Positions 43,670 through 57,298 of a DNA stretch of 64,000 nucleotides are shown piece after piece (positions within the stretch are counted from its first letter, which is position 1; each line of letters begins with the position of its first letter). The position numbers and the translations under genes were made by a program. This stretch comes from Cetorhinus maximus. Its lineage: Eukaryota. The DNA lies in assembly GCF_964194155.1 (NCBI RefSeq), contig NC_135887.1, forward strand, positions 20,150,001 to 20,214,000, read 5' to 3'. The notes beneath the pieces are model-generated. The model searched no databases and was not told where the DNA came from. It saw nothing but the letters and a program-made list of their open reading frames with translations.

Positions 43670-44282
43670 GTAAGCTTTACTCATCAGGTAGACAGAATTC
43701 TTCTGAATGATCCACTCTTAAGTCAGGGGCAAGTCTGTTGTGTGCTATTTACTTTAAATTTATCTTGTGGCTTGAATAAGCTTCTGTGGTACAAGGGACA
43801 TGTTTTCTTTCCATCTATACCCTGAGTTAAACACACCAATTGTCAGACTAGAATGTACTCCAAAGAAGTGACTTTCAAACTAGCAAAAATAAGGTATTAG
43901 TCTTATTATTGATAAAATGCCTTGCATTTCTTGCTCTTGAAGGTAAGTCAACAGATGCACAAAAAGGGATAGAATCAGGCTATGTTTTAAAGACTGGCTG
44001 AATCTGGCCAGGTTCCGAAAGCTAATGGTGTGGATTGTTTTTAATACCAGCTCTAACCACTAGGTGACACTAAAGCCACATCTCTTGCACCTTCCTCCAG
44101 CCACGAGGTGGCACTTTGTATATGTCCAAGGTGGAAACTGAAAGTTGCACTACATTGAGAGTTTGTGTATATACCATTAGAATTTATTCTAATCCTCCTG
44201 TAGATATAGTTGCATAAACACTTGTGAAGTAAATATGCTGAAGCCAAGTTTTGGCTTTTGTCAAGTAAACTTGCTTTCATAA

Positions 44283-44450
<168 letters not shown>

Positions 44451-45079
44451 TAGTTTATGCCAATACAAATAAACAAAACTTCATAAACACATCTGCTAGA
44501 GAAGTGACTGCTTTGCCTATACTAATCAAATCATTTGTATAACATTTTTTTTCTAAGCCCGTAGTTGAGAATGCTTCTCACAGCCAAGATTGCAAAAGCA
44601 AAATTCTGTCATGCTGGAAACCTGAAACAAAGTGTGGAGGAAAAAGCTTGTTTCCAGCATTTCCTATTAGGGTCTTTTCCTTTCACAACTCCTGTTTCAA
44701 AATGGCACTGGTAGCTTTACTAGATTCCAGGGTAAAACATTGTGTACCCTGATTTTTCCCCTGTACCCCTTTGTTAACTGTATCGGATTTGGGTATAGTT
44801 CTGCAGCTGTTAGACATTCACTTCAGAGCTGTGGCAAGTACCAGCAGACTGTTTGACCTTTTATGGGGTGTTATGCCTCAGTCCGGTCCTGTTTACTCCA
44901 TTGCCAATTCCTCCTTGCCCATCTCCCATAAGGAGCAAGAATTCTTGTTTATCCTTACTGATCAAAGAATGGTTGGGTTTTAGTACCCCAATTACCCATC
45001 CAGCTGACATCAGCTATTCTGGAACCATAGAAAAGTTATGGTCCAGAAAGAAGCCACTCAGCCCATGTCTGTGCGTGCC

Positions 45080-45965
45080 AAAGAGAACCTAGCTGCTCAA
45101 TTTAATCCCACTTTCCAGCGCTTGGTCTATAACCTTACAGGTTACAGCACTTCAGATGCAGATCCAGGTACTTTTTTTTTGTTTCAGCCTCAACCACCAA
45201 CATGGGCAGTGAATTCTAGACACCCACCTTCAGTGAAGTTTTTCCTCATGTCCTCTCTAATCCTTCTACAAGTCACTTTAAATCTCTGGTAATTGACCCC
45301 CTCAGCTAGGGGAAACAAGTCTTTCCTGTCTACCCTTTCTAGGCACCTTATTTTGTACACTTCAATTAAGTCACCCTTTAGCTGCCTGCTTTCTAAGGAA
45401 AACGACCCTAGCCTATCCAATCACCTCATTGTTTCCAGGGCTTGAAAATTGCAGCTTTCTTGTAAATCCCCTCTGTATTCTCTGGAGAACAATTGTCCTT
45501 CCTGTGATGTGATGACCAGAACTGTGCACAATTCCAGGTGTGGCCTAACCGTTTTATACAGCTGTCATTACATCCTCCTTTTTGTATTCGGTACCTTGCC
45601 CAATAAAGGAAAGCATTCCACATGCTTGTCCACCTGTCCTAAAACCTTCAAGGACTTGTGGACGTGCACTCCAAGGTCTGTCACCCCCTCAACTCCTCCT
45701 CTCAAACCTCCTGTTTGAGTATTTCCTTGCTTTGTTTTTCCTCCCCAAATGCATTGCCCCTCACTTTTCCAGATTGAATTCTGTTTGCCACTTCTCCACA
45801 CTCCGCCAAACCATTGATATCATTCTGGAGTCAACAGCTATCCTCTTCACTATCAACTGCATGGCCAATTTTTGTCATCTGCAAAATTCCCAATCATGCC
45901 TCCCACATTTAAGTCTAAATCATTATATACAACAAACAGCAAGGGCCCCAACATTAAGCTCTGAG
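45080..45965 (-). mobile_element. CR1 LINE 3' fragment
   Basis: DRLGSFSLESRQLKGDLIEVYKI; DLGVHVHKSLK; CAQFWS. Confidence 0.88.
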
Positions 45966-46551
45966 AAACAGATTAACAATTGAATGTGGGACTTTCTGGT
46001 CTTAAATGGCTTGGCATGTTATGTAAACTCACATAAGCCAGTAGGGGAGTATGGGTTGAATTGCTAATATCAGATCTTCTGTTTGGCCTGCCCTATAGTG
46101 GATGCAATGTGATATAGGTAATGGAAATGTGGGTAAAATTAGGAGCAGCAATAATGACATCTAGGACACTGGGAGACTGTTAATGTGCTTAAGTTAGTTT
46201 ACAAGAAGGTGGTTAACATTTTGAGGACCAATCCTTCAGAATGTAGTACCTTGAACTGGCTTTGACCAAAAGAACATAGTCACACCTTTACATAGCCCTC
46301 TATGTAGCATTGCCATAGAAGTCAACAGGCTCCTGGATACTGGTAGCCCCTAGAGTTCACCTAATAAGCTGGTGATCCTGAATCTCTGTTCCACTGAAAT
46401 CCTACTTAGCATTGCATGGTGCTATGATTTTTTTCATGAGCAGCTTTAGTGTGGTGTTGATTTGTTTACTTGGAGCATCTGTCCTGTGGGTGGTAAAATT
46501 GAGCCTAAATAGGATAGTTGCAAACAAATGAAACTTGTCTTGATTTTTCAG

Positions 46552-46662
46552 GTGAAGCAGCTGAATTTGGTTAAACCCTACCTACGTTCTGTACAAAGCA
46601 ACAACAACAAGTCTGTGAATGAATCACTGAATAATCTGTTCATCCAGGAGGAGGACTATCAG
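46552..46662 (+). CDS. CLTC: exon 28 (111 nt)
   Basis: tttcag|GTGAAG...TCAG|gtaggt; [15 protein letters not shown]...EEDYQ. Confidence 0.97.
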
Positions 46663-46965
46663 GTAGGTGAAACAATCAGTTGTGCTCAGTGAGCAGCATT
46701 TTTAGCACCCCTGTTTTGAGCGCTTATGACAAAGTTGCAGTGTAAAAATTAATTTTAATTAAGGTGTGGAACAATTTTTAATGAACCTGTAGATATAGGA
46801 ATTCCTAAAGTGTCCGCTTTACCCTATGCTAAGTTAATGGAGTTGATCCTGGTCAATTCAATTCCTGCAGCTTCTATGCAGGTAGATGTGAACAGCCTTT
46901 TGTTTAGGAGTGAGATGCATTTATCTGTCTGCTTATACTGAAAGGTAAATGTTCTTTTTACATAG

Positions 46966-47142
<177 letters not shown>

Positions 47143-48003
47143 TAATCTTCACTGCTTTAGTGTTAATTATGATCACCACCTGTTGCTTGTATCTTCCTGG
47201 GGTTGAGCTCAAAACAATCCTAGATGGACTGGAGTGCCAGTATGCACTACACTCATTAGAAGCATCAGACTACTCGAGCAGTCTGGCAAGCTCCTAGTCA
47301 CTGCCCCACATGACTGGAGGATTAAATAGTTTCTACTTTTCAGTCACCTTGGTGCTATTAAACTTCAAAATTTATTAACTTTTGCTATTTCATTTGTATC
47401 AAACTGAAAGCTGATATTTTGGAATCTGCCTCATGAAAGAACATGATGCATAGCATGCATCACTATTTGAAGCACACTTCCGTAGTTTAGATATCAATCA
47501 AACTAGGCAATTGTAGCTGCATTTTATATTTAAAGGTATAAAAGTATTTTCACATTTTGAATCAGGGGTGCAATGAATGGAATGGCAGAGGGTGACCTGA
47601 GGGACCTAGATGTCTGGACATATACCAAAGTACTTAATGTATGTACTTTGCCAGACCTCACTTAGTTCTGGTCACATGCCATGAGCTGGTGTGCCAATAA
47701 ATGGAGGATATAAGGATTACAACAAATGCTAGTGCTGTTCCTCCCATATGGAAGATGCACATCAATTGGGCTGCATAATTCAATGCTGGCTTTTCTATTG
47801 TAAGAGTGAGCTATGCATGTAGAATAACTATATGCATGCAATTGGTGCACATCCTTGCAATATAGAATAAACAAGCATACATCTGCCACTGAACTTGTTT
47901 GGGTGGGGGGATTTGGTGATGAGTCACTATGTAAATTTTAAAGTCAGTCAGCTCTTGAGTGCAGTGTAAGGTATTACCCTTTTTCTTATCTTGTGTTTTT
48001 TAG

Positions 48004-48225
48004 GATGCTATGCAATATGCGTCCGAGTCCAAGGATACTGAGCTAGCAGAGGAATTGCTGCAGTGGTTCCTTGAGGATGGGAAGAATGAGTGCTTTGCTT
48101 CCTGTCTATTTACATGTTATGACCTGCTGAGGCCAGATGTTGTGCTTGAGCTCTCTTGGAGGCACAACATTATGGATTTCTCCATGCCATACTTCATCCA
48201 GGTGATGAGGGAGTATCTCTCAAAG
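48004..48225 (+). CDS. CLTC: exon 30 (222 nt), trimerisation domain
   Basis: ttttag|GATGCT...AAAG|gtatgt; [14 protein letters not shown]...[11 protein letters not shown]...MREYLSK. Confidence 0.97.
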
Positions 48226-50599
48226 GTATGTGACCAGCATGCTGAAGTAAGCTTGAAGGAGGTTGATGTAGCTTCAAGGAGCATACCTTCTTGTGTTAGA
48301 GGCTCTACTGTCTGCAGTAACCACTATAGCTCAAACATCAGACAGTAGTCAAATGGTTTATAGTGAGGTTTTGCTATGGAGATTAGAACTTTGAAGTCTA
48401 CAGTACACTAGTACAGTTTAACTGGCAACTCAAGAAAGAAGTTGCTGTTTTGTTGCTCATGTCAACCCAATGGTTGGAAAAGTATGGTTAATCCTAGACT
48501 AGTAGGTCTAGTAAAATTCCTGCTGAAGATTACTGGATTATTGCCAGTAGCTCATCTACTGGTTATCCAGAATAAGTTACTATGGTTAACTCAGATTAAA
48601 ATTGAGCACTAACTCTGGTCCTCATGTTCCCTATTCTCCCATTCTTGTTAAATTTTAATTTTTTTCCCTAACTAATCCCTTCTTCCACCCCACCACTTAG
48701 CATTCTAAATCTTGTCCGTTTCCTCTGACCATCCACTCTAGGACAAGTTTAGGAAAGTTCTTAACTCGAACCATTTGACAGTCCAAATTTTGGCCTTGCT
48801 GCATCGCAAATGTGGCCAGGCCAATCTGCCAAGTGCTGGGCTGCTGAGTTTGCTCAACCACCTCATGCTTAATGGCTAACACACAAGAACTTTGATGCTA
48901 AAGTCCCTGCATTTCAGTTAAATATTTAAACTCCTAAATTATATTTAAACTTAAATTTTACTAATTGAAAGTAATCTGGCTAGCACTATAGGCTCTTTGC
49001 TTTGAAAAATTCCATTTGTGACTTTATTTGTCTCCAGTTAAACCCCCTTTGAATGCATTACTGTGCACACTCCCTTTTTTTGTATATATTAAAATTGGTT
49101 CTAGACTATAGCAGTTACTACAAGATTGCAGATGAACAGTCCTGATTTTTAGAAACTTTGTGCTGGCTGTTAGCCAGGAGACCTGTCTGAATATTCTGCA
49201 GCACCATAAAACTGTTCATTTACAATGTGATACTGTTTTGGCCATGTCTCCAGTGACAAATAAGTGGATGCCAGATATTACATTAAATTGCTGACCAATA
49301 ACTGGAGACTAAGCAGGTTTTGTACTTGCAGAACTAAACCAAACAACTTGTTCAAGGACTTGTGCTTCTAGGACCCTTGTTGGAGAGTTGTTATCCTTTT
49401 ATATTTTTCCTGTCCTACTTTGAACAGTGCGCTGATGTTACACTCACTGCTCTTGAGGGACGATCATTTTCCTTGGTAATGTTAAACAAAGTTTGATTAG
49501 CTTAACTAATGACTTGGCTCTCAGCCTTGTATTGAGTGTCTTGCCATAATTGTGCTTTTTTTGGGGTGTGACAAGAATTATGCTATAGTTGAGGATTCTG
49601 GTAGTGACAACTAAGTGAATTTGTATGGAATGGGATTCCATAAGTGAGTGTTCTCAAACTTTGGTTTGGGTATTTGGAATTGTCAACTGCTGTTTAGACA
49701 GCACCAAAAAGTTAATAAAATGTCCCCAAACATGGGCGTGTGATTTGAGGGCATTCTCTGTATAGTTCGTGCTGTACTTTAATGAAACTTGGTCTGAATA
49801 GCAGTTCTCGAATTGAATCACATCAGATGCTGAAGCTGCTAAAATTGTGACAGCAAGAAACTGAGTTGGCAACAGACTTTTTATCAGGTTCCTCTACTTG
49901 CACCTGCAGCACTTTGTTTACACTAATGCCTTATCTAATGACCTTGCATTCCTGGCCAACTTTTCTGTGCAGAGTTATGATCTTTTAATATGCTTGCAGT
50001 GTCTTATTTTGATATTTAATTGTTTTTCTGTACCTGTTGCAAGCTACCTTTTTTGCTTGCAGATGAATGGCATAATAAAATTTAGGTTTGGAATCTAATT
50101 CAATTTGCAGCCAGTATAAATTTAAGTTCCATGTAGAAGGGTTGGCCACATTTTTTAAGCTATTCTAGTTAGTAATGGCTATAATTGGGGCAACACTTCA
50201 TTTCTGCATCTTAGTATGCTGGACTTTGGGATGAGCAGTACTTTCTGCTGTACATTGAAGCAAAGATTTGCTAATTGTCCCTTTTTTACCTTGGTAATGG
50301 TCAATTTTAGTCAATTCATGCAACTTAACATCTATCTAGAGAAGTTGGTTAGTTTGGGAAATGGTAACTTCTAAATATGTAGGTTTCAGTGTAGTCATAC
50401 AATCCCAAAATTAGGTATGGGATACTGAAGCCTTAGAAGCTGCACAGTTTAATTAGTGGAGTATGATGTTTGGATTAGGTTTTTACTTCAGTAAAACAAT
50501 TGTAAAAGATGGAAGCTTGGTATTGAATTACTTTTTTACAAATTTTATTCTGCCATCATTCATCTGTATGTTTGTCCTTCCTGATGTTTTGTAGTACAC

Positions 50600-50840
50600 A
50601 ATGCTGCTATTTACTGTTCCCTCCCCCTTTTCCATCTCCCCTTCCTGTTCTGGGTTTTCCTTCCTTGACTTTTGCTCCTTTTGCTGTTTTCTACCTGCTT
50701 TATTGTGCTGGATGAGTTTGGATTCTAAGCTGCTACCCTCTGAATTCCCTTGCAGGTTGATGAAATAAAGAAAAAGGTGAAAGTTGACTCAATTTCCATC
50801 TTAATTCTGGAGACTGAAACTCAGGATATCTGCATGAATT
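50600..50840 (+). promoter_or_regulatory. Splicing-regulatory region of the 21-nt microexon
   Basis: About 100-nt C/T tract with repeated YGCY upstream; TGCATG (RBFOX motif) at 50831-50836 downstream. Confidence 0.55.
50756..50776 (+). CDS. CLTC: Alternative 21-nt microexon (VDEIKKK), counterpart of the mammalian muscle-regulated CLTC 'exon 31'
   Basis: cttgcag|GTTGATGAAATAAAGAAAAAG|gtgaaa; phase 0/0; same position and length as the mammalian 7-aa insert (recalled as VDAIKEK). Confidence 0.88.
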
Positions 50841-52970
50841 GTTTCCTTCCCATCTTACACTGCTGCTTTTTAATTCCACTAGATCCACTGCAAATCCTTT
50901 CGAGCAGAGTTAGAGCAGTTGAAGTGTTTAGTGAGGACTTTCATAGTGACCCTTTAAGTCACTGGCAGGAATTGGCAGGTGGCCATATGGTGACTGGTTC
51001 ACAATCTCTGCCATTCAGAATTTAAAACTGAACTTGTTTTTGCTGCTCTTTTAACTTTTATAGTATAATACAACAGTGGAAAGTTTTCAATGTGAGTAAG
51101 ATGCAAACTGCCTTGCCTCCTCCAGAGGATTGTGAACCAGCTTATGATCTAGTTCTGTTACTTTCTGACAGACATGAGGCAGTTTGAGGGGTTTCATGAT
51201 GGGACCTGTTCCCCCACACTGTTTCTCATTAAGTTAGTCCCTGTGGTGCCTCTGCTCCAATACTGGCTTCTGCCAAGTGTTTTCAGGGTAAAGAAAGAGC
51301 TCTTCATCTCAGGTGCTCTTCATGTTCAGTCTAATGTCCCAAGTTTAAGAGGTGACGACTGATCAGCTAGAGTTATAACGCAACATCAAGGGGTTTAACT
51401 TGTGCCACAGCCAAGTGGCTCAACAGGGTGAAAATAATTTCCACAGGGACTTTTGGGGCAAGTGGGCAGCAGTGTTGTGGGTACAGCCATTCAGTAGCCC
51501 CCTCCCAGCCACTGTGTGTGTGAAAAACGGGTAACTGAACTGCGGTGTGTTTGTTTAACACTTGAGCATGTGCAACTCCATTTGCAAAGGGAATCACGTT
51601 TGAGGCCATGAAGCATTTCTGCTTGGCTGCGTGTATGCTTTTGAAGAGCCTGTTTGGCAGAACCATCTCGGGGGCCATTTTTTTTGCTTCAGTACTTTTG
51701 CCTCTTTTTCATGCACACAAATGCTAAAAATGAGACATCAGCATGTTTTTCTCTATCAAAACTGCAGTTTGCTGGCTGTAGTTTATGGAAAAGCCTTTGT
51801 GCTGCAGTTCCTGTTCTGCATTTTCTTACTAACTGCTTTCAACAAGGGGGTATGTAAAGAATTTTAAGCTGTTTCATGCAGATCAGTTTAAAACACTAAT
51901 TTTATGCAACACATTCTAGCCCCACAGTGAGTTGATGCTTGCAATTATGCTTTATGCTTCCTCTAGTCTTGTTGTGGCTGTTGGACATGTACAAAATATT
52001 CTCTTGGGCAAAGCATTGTCCATAAAAAGTTTAATTTTTAGGGTGGATTTTGAGGTTTGTTCACTCTTGCAGCTTAGGTATGGTGTACAATTAAGTATTG
52101 ATTCCTTTGAATTCAATGAGGAAGAATAATCTAGAAATGTCTCCTAAATGGCTAGGCATATTGAGGATAGGTGAAGTCATGTTTTGGTATAATAGCTGAA
52201 ATTAGCAGTTCATTTCCCCCCTCCCATGTGTTCATGGTAATATTGGCCCACTGGGGAGTTCTCAAGTACTGAGACCTCTCTTTCACCCCCTCCCCCTCAC
52301 TAAGAAGGGAAATTGCCATGAATTTAGTGGCTAACTGTAGCATTAGTTTTGGGTTGTCTGTAGAAGGCACTTTGTGCACTGAATGAAGGTGGGAGTAGAA
52401 TATGGAGGTACACTTAATGTTCACTGATGCAGTATGTGCACTTAATGCCCCATTTTAATTAAGTTTAACTTTAAACATTAAACCTTTAACTACATCATTT
52501 CAACTAAACTAATACAGCTAACCAAAATAGGTGTGCAGGAAGGAGCACAGACTGCATAATGTCATGATTCCTGAATAGAATTTTTCCATATCCTGTGATG
52601 CAGGTTGAAGGTTTCCTTTTAACTGACTCAGTTGTGAATTTTAAACCAGAATTTATCCTATAGTTTTTAAATACAAGTCTTAAAAACAGGTTGCCATGAA
52701 ATACACTCATGTTAAAACTGTAATCCAGGCCATGTTCAGACTAAACTGCCTTATGCTGAACAAATATTCCGCCTCCTGTGTGTTGGAATGAGCTTCTCTG
52801 AGCTTCTCCCATTGAAATCACTTGATTTTGGCAATCTGAGTTACACTTTGGGTTTGGATTATTTCATCCTCAAAGACTGTCCCAATAGAAACATTGTCTG
52901 ACCCTCAAGTTCATTGGCATAGATTGCATAGATTCTTGGATTTTTTTGATTAAATTTGGTCATAATGTTG

Positions 52971-53019
52971 CTTTTAATGAGTTACAAGGTTGTCTTGTTA
53001 CTTTTAATGAGTTACAAGG
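52971..53019. repeat. 19-bp direct repeat, period 30
   Basis: cttttaatgagttacaagg at 52971 and 53001. Confidence 0.85.
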
Positions 53020-56000
53020 CGATTTAATGGTGTGAAGTGATAACTTTAACAAGAATACACTTATGCTGGTTAGTCCCAAGTGTCAATGCAACTTTAACAT
53101 GGTATTTACAATCCCTCAAGATTTGAGGAGAATGTCAGCTTTTAAAACTGCTGTAAGAGCTGTGTTGAGGGTTTGCAAGGTTTTGAGTTCATAGTTTATT
53201 TTCACTGGTTGACAAGGGGGCAGAATTTTGTGCTTTTCACAAGAGGATTGTGTAGTAGAGACATTTTCAGAAAGGAATAGGATAAGTTTGGAAAGGGAAG
53301 AATACAAAGCTGCAGGGAAAAGAGATTAAATTGTTCCCGTTTGGCCACTCAATAGGCAAAGATGTGAATTTTTATAACAAGTCACCATTAGCTTGCTCAG
53401 AAGTTGGTTCATGCTATAATACCACAATTTTGCCCCATGCTACTAGCTTCATTTGATAGCTTGTTCTGGATCTGCCTTTCAGCTAATTTCTCTGCATACC
53501 TCTGACTAATGCAGTAATATGTTAATATTAACAAGCATGAGGGCAGGAGACCATTCAATGGATGAAGTCCAGGTGCAAATATTGCATGCAACAGTTAATA
53601 AGCATTTCTATATCCTGTGATCTAGCTCTTACTAACAGCTTGAGTCTTTGCATAGGTACGTTTGAAATCTTTGTTATTTTAACACTACTTGAACCTTAAA
53701 GGATTAAGCAGTTTTATGGTTTGGGTTATGAAGGCAGATTTGCCGAGTGGCAAGGTCCTTCTTGAGTTAGCTGCTGTCCTGAGGAGCGGGAATGCTACAA
53801 TTGTTCATTGCCCTTTGCCACACAAGGGAGGCTGCCATTAACCAGGGCACTTGCTCCTGATGACTGTCCATTTGAGCTCTGTTGAAAATGTGTAGGCCTC
53901 AATAGTGCTTTGCTGTATTGACCACACTTCCTGTTGTTAAGCTTATATGTGAATGGTCACTTGAATGACCAACAGTAGTAAGAATTGGGGCAATGAGCAT
54001 GAACCTTCCGTGATCTCTGTAGCCACTAACCTTTAAAGAAATTTGAATTTCTAGTTGAATGACCTGACGAGATTTCATGTTTTTAAGAACTTTCAAACTT
54101 TATAACAAATGACTTGAATACTATTGACTAAACACTTACTTTTGGTAGACAACTTAAACTACAGAGATTCCCCATTTAACTTTTAGCCTGACTGGAAATC
54201 TCCTACATGTTGCACTGCCCATTAAGTGTAGACTTTATTCTTGGCTCCTGATGGCTGGTTTCTGTTCTACTTTCCCAGTGTGTACTGATTCCAGAACTGA
54301 CCTTGACTGAGGGTTACGCTGGATTCTTTCCCTCTAGCCCAAGCTAGGTGAATCTTCCAGCCTCCTTTTGAAAGTCCTGTCAAACTTGGTTTCTTCAGTC
54401 TGAGCGCAAGTTCCACCTGTATTTTGTGGTGAGCAACTTGTCAGCATTTTGCTGCTTCAAGTACAAGACAGAGCAAGATAGAGACAGCCAGTCTCTCAGA
54501 TGAACATTGACCACCTACAAACAGACTGCCAGCTCTGATATTCATGGATTTGGAGGGAAACCTGAAATCTGATCTCAAATGGCTTTCTGCCCCTCCCCTG
54601 CTGTTTTGAAGCATATCCATGTATCTATGTAGAAATGCTAAAAGGATCTTCGATTCCAACTCCTTGCACCTCAGAAGTAGATGGATAGTTTACAACATAA
54701 CTATTTTTACAGCCCAATATCTCTAACATCTGAGACTTTGGGAGACTCTGAGTCTAATTGTGATATACTGACCTACTTCCTTTGTCTCCAAGTATAAATG
54801 TCTTGTACCTCAGTAAGTTAGAGAGCCCTCTAACCCTTAGGCAAACTTCAGAACACATCATATGATCCTCTTTTACCAAATTTAAAGCTAAAGTCCTAAA
54901 ATATACCTTACTCTAACATTTAACATAGCACTAGAGGACATTGGCTACTACATTTGGAAGGGAAATTGATTCTGGATTTTCTTTAAGAAGGAAAATTAGA
55001 GCTGTGTAGTTCTAAATTTAAAGTTAAAGATCTTAAGTTCATGTACTCTACCAAAAAGGACTATTCACAGAGGATATTCTTGCTTCATGCAGTTCAACCT
55101 GGATTGCACAATGATGGCTTGTATTCATGCCCCAAGAGATTGGGGATATAGGATGTGGTCAAATGGATTCTGTTACTGCCTTACTAGGTGTGCTCTTGAA
55201 CTATTATTGAATAACTCAGCATAGGTGCAAAGCTCTGACTCGAGTTTTGTCTCCCTTGCATTGGAAGGAATAATCAATGCTGCTATATGCACAGGTTTGA
55301 GGCCTTGTGGATACATTGTACAATTGCTTTCACAGGAACATCTGCTTTAAGAAAAAGCTGGTTCTCTTCCCTAGTCCCCTCAGGTTATCTGCAACTTTAA
55401 AAAAAAAATCTAACTTGGTGGCTGGCCCTTTTATGGAACTGGGTATAAATGAGGTGAGAATATCCTGGCACATCCCTTGATAGCAATAGGTGCTTGGTGT
55501 ATGAAAGTCATTGATTTTTGTAGCTTTTTGGCATGTGGCTTAGATGTTCCCAATCCAAAAGCCATTGCTGCTACTTGGTTAATTGGAAACATCAAAGTAA
55601 TTACGTTGAATTAACATGTCTTGTTTCCCTTTTCTCTACTGCACACCTCCCTCATCTTCACCCATCCCACCCAAATCTTGCCTACTGAAAGTGAAAACAA
55701 GCGACCTGCTCCAAATGTTCCTCAAATGACTTTTTCTTGATACCACAGGTGGAGGCTTCAATATAGTTCCAAAAGCCCTGCATGTTGGTGTTGCAATTTA
55801 CTATTAATGAAGTGTATGAATTACCCTTCTGATAATTAAAACGCTTGCCCAGTAGTTGTAGAGAATGCAACATTCTGGCCTTCACTCTTGGTGTCTTAAA
55901 AATCAGCTGACTCCAGAAATTGAGCAGTAAACTGAACTAATCAGCTTTACCATACTTTAGACATTTAAAACTTGAGTTGTTGTTTGTATTGCAATCCATT

Positions 56001-56126
56001 GAATGGTCACTTGTTCCCTGATTTGGAAATTTCTAACAATTTTAAGCATTTGTAAGGCTTTTCCTTCTGATCAGCAGTATCTCATCAGTGTGAGACAAGT
56101 GACTGGTAATTGTTTTGGTTTTGCAG

Positions 56127-56202
56127 GTGGATAAATTGGACATATCTGAATCGCTGAGGAAAGAGGAGGAACAGGCTACTGAGACGACACCCATTGTTTA
56201 TG
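56127..56202 (+). CDS. CLTC: penultimate exon (76 nt)
   Basis: ttgcag|GTGGAT...TATG|gtctgt; [25 protein letters not shown]. Confidence 0.95.
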
Positions 56203-57176
56203 GTCTGTATTGTTTGACAGCATTCACATTTTGGTGCACTCTTAATGGCCATTGGTTAAAAATTGAAATTCCATATTTCTGGATTTCAATAAATTGAGCA
56301 CAAGTGCTGCAACTTACAAATTTGATAAAGCAGGAAGCTTTGTTCCTTAGGAACAAAGGTACTGGATCAAAGTGGTGCAGGAAGACACCAGTCCTTGTCT
56401 TAAATGCTAACGTGTAGGTATAAGTGGCACTTGGACTGTGAGCACAGGTTAAAAGTCTGATTAGAGGTCATAAACTTCCCTTCCCCCACAGCTGATTATT
56501 TTTAGACCAATTAACATTGAACTTCAAATTAAGTGAAATCATGGGTTTAATAGCAATGACCTCTGGACCAAGTTGTAACTACTGGGTTTCAGTTCATTGC
56601 ATAAGCTTAAATGTTGCCCCACAACTTTAAACTCCAATCCTAATGACATGTCAGATGGCACCACCTTGCACATCAGTGAAAGATCACCCATGTTGAAGCA
56701 CTTTAGTGTCAGCAGCACTAACCTGTTGCTCAGTCTTAATTCATTAGCTAGCTTCCAGCACCCATGACATTCGTCATCTACACTGAACCTAAGAATACAA
56801 GGCAAGTCCGAAAGGTTGGTCTAGTGAACTGTTGGATGCTTTTGACAGTACAAATGGGCATAATATAAACATTTGTCTCAACTATGCACTGCCATTCACT
56901 GTTTAATCCAACATTTTGAAGGGGCCTAAATATTTGTAATTGTTTTCTGGCTGAGGTAATATCATTTTGCAGTGGAGACGTGGCTTGCTACAGTAGATAT
57001 GATAGTAAAAAGCTGGAATTTTGTTACCTCTTATTCAACTCTGTACAACGCTTTCCTGCAATTAAGAGCATGTAGATCTCTATAATCTGCAGAAAGTGGA
57101 TGCTTTGAAGTTCTTCTTAGGGCACTTGTAGTCCCCTCAACCTGGAAATGCACTAACTTTTTTTTCTCCTCTGCAG

Positions 57177-57298
57177 GTCAGTCACAACTCATGTTGACAG
57201 CAGGACCCAGTGTAAACGTCCCTCCACAGGCAGCCTATGGCTACAGTTACGGTGCCCAACCATATGCTCAACCTGGCACATATGGGTATAGTATGTAA
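57177..57298 (+). CDS. CLTC: last coding exon with the QLMLT Hsc70-binding motif and the stop codon
   Basis: cactaac branch point, ctgcag|GTCAGT; [40 protein letters not shown]; TAA at 57296-57298. Confidence 0.96.

Noticed and set aside
52971-53019. Repeat-spacer-repeat patterns as CRISPR-like arrays (also 6482-6527)
   Set aside because: Only two units each, in a eukaryotic intron; ordinary slippage duplications.
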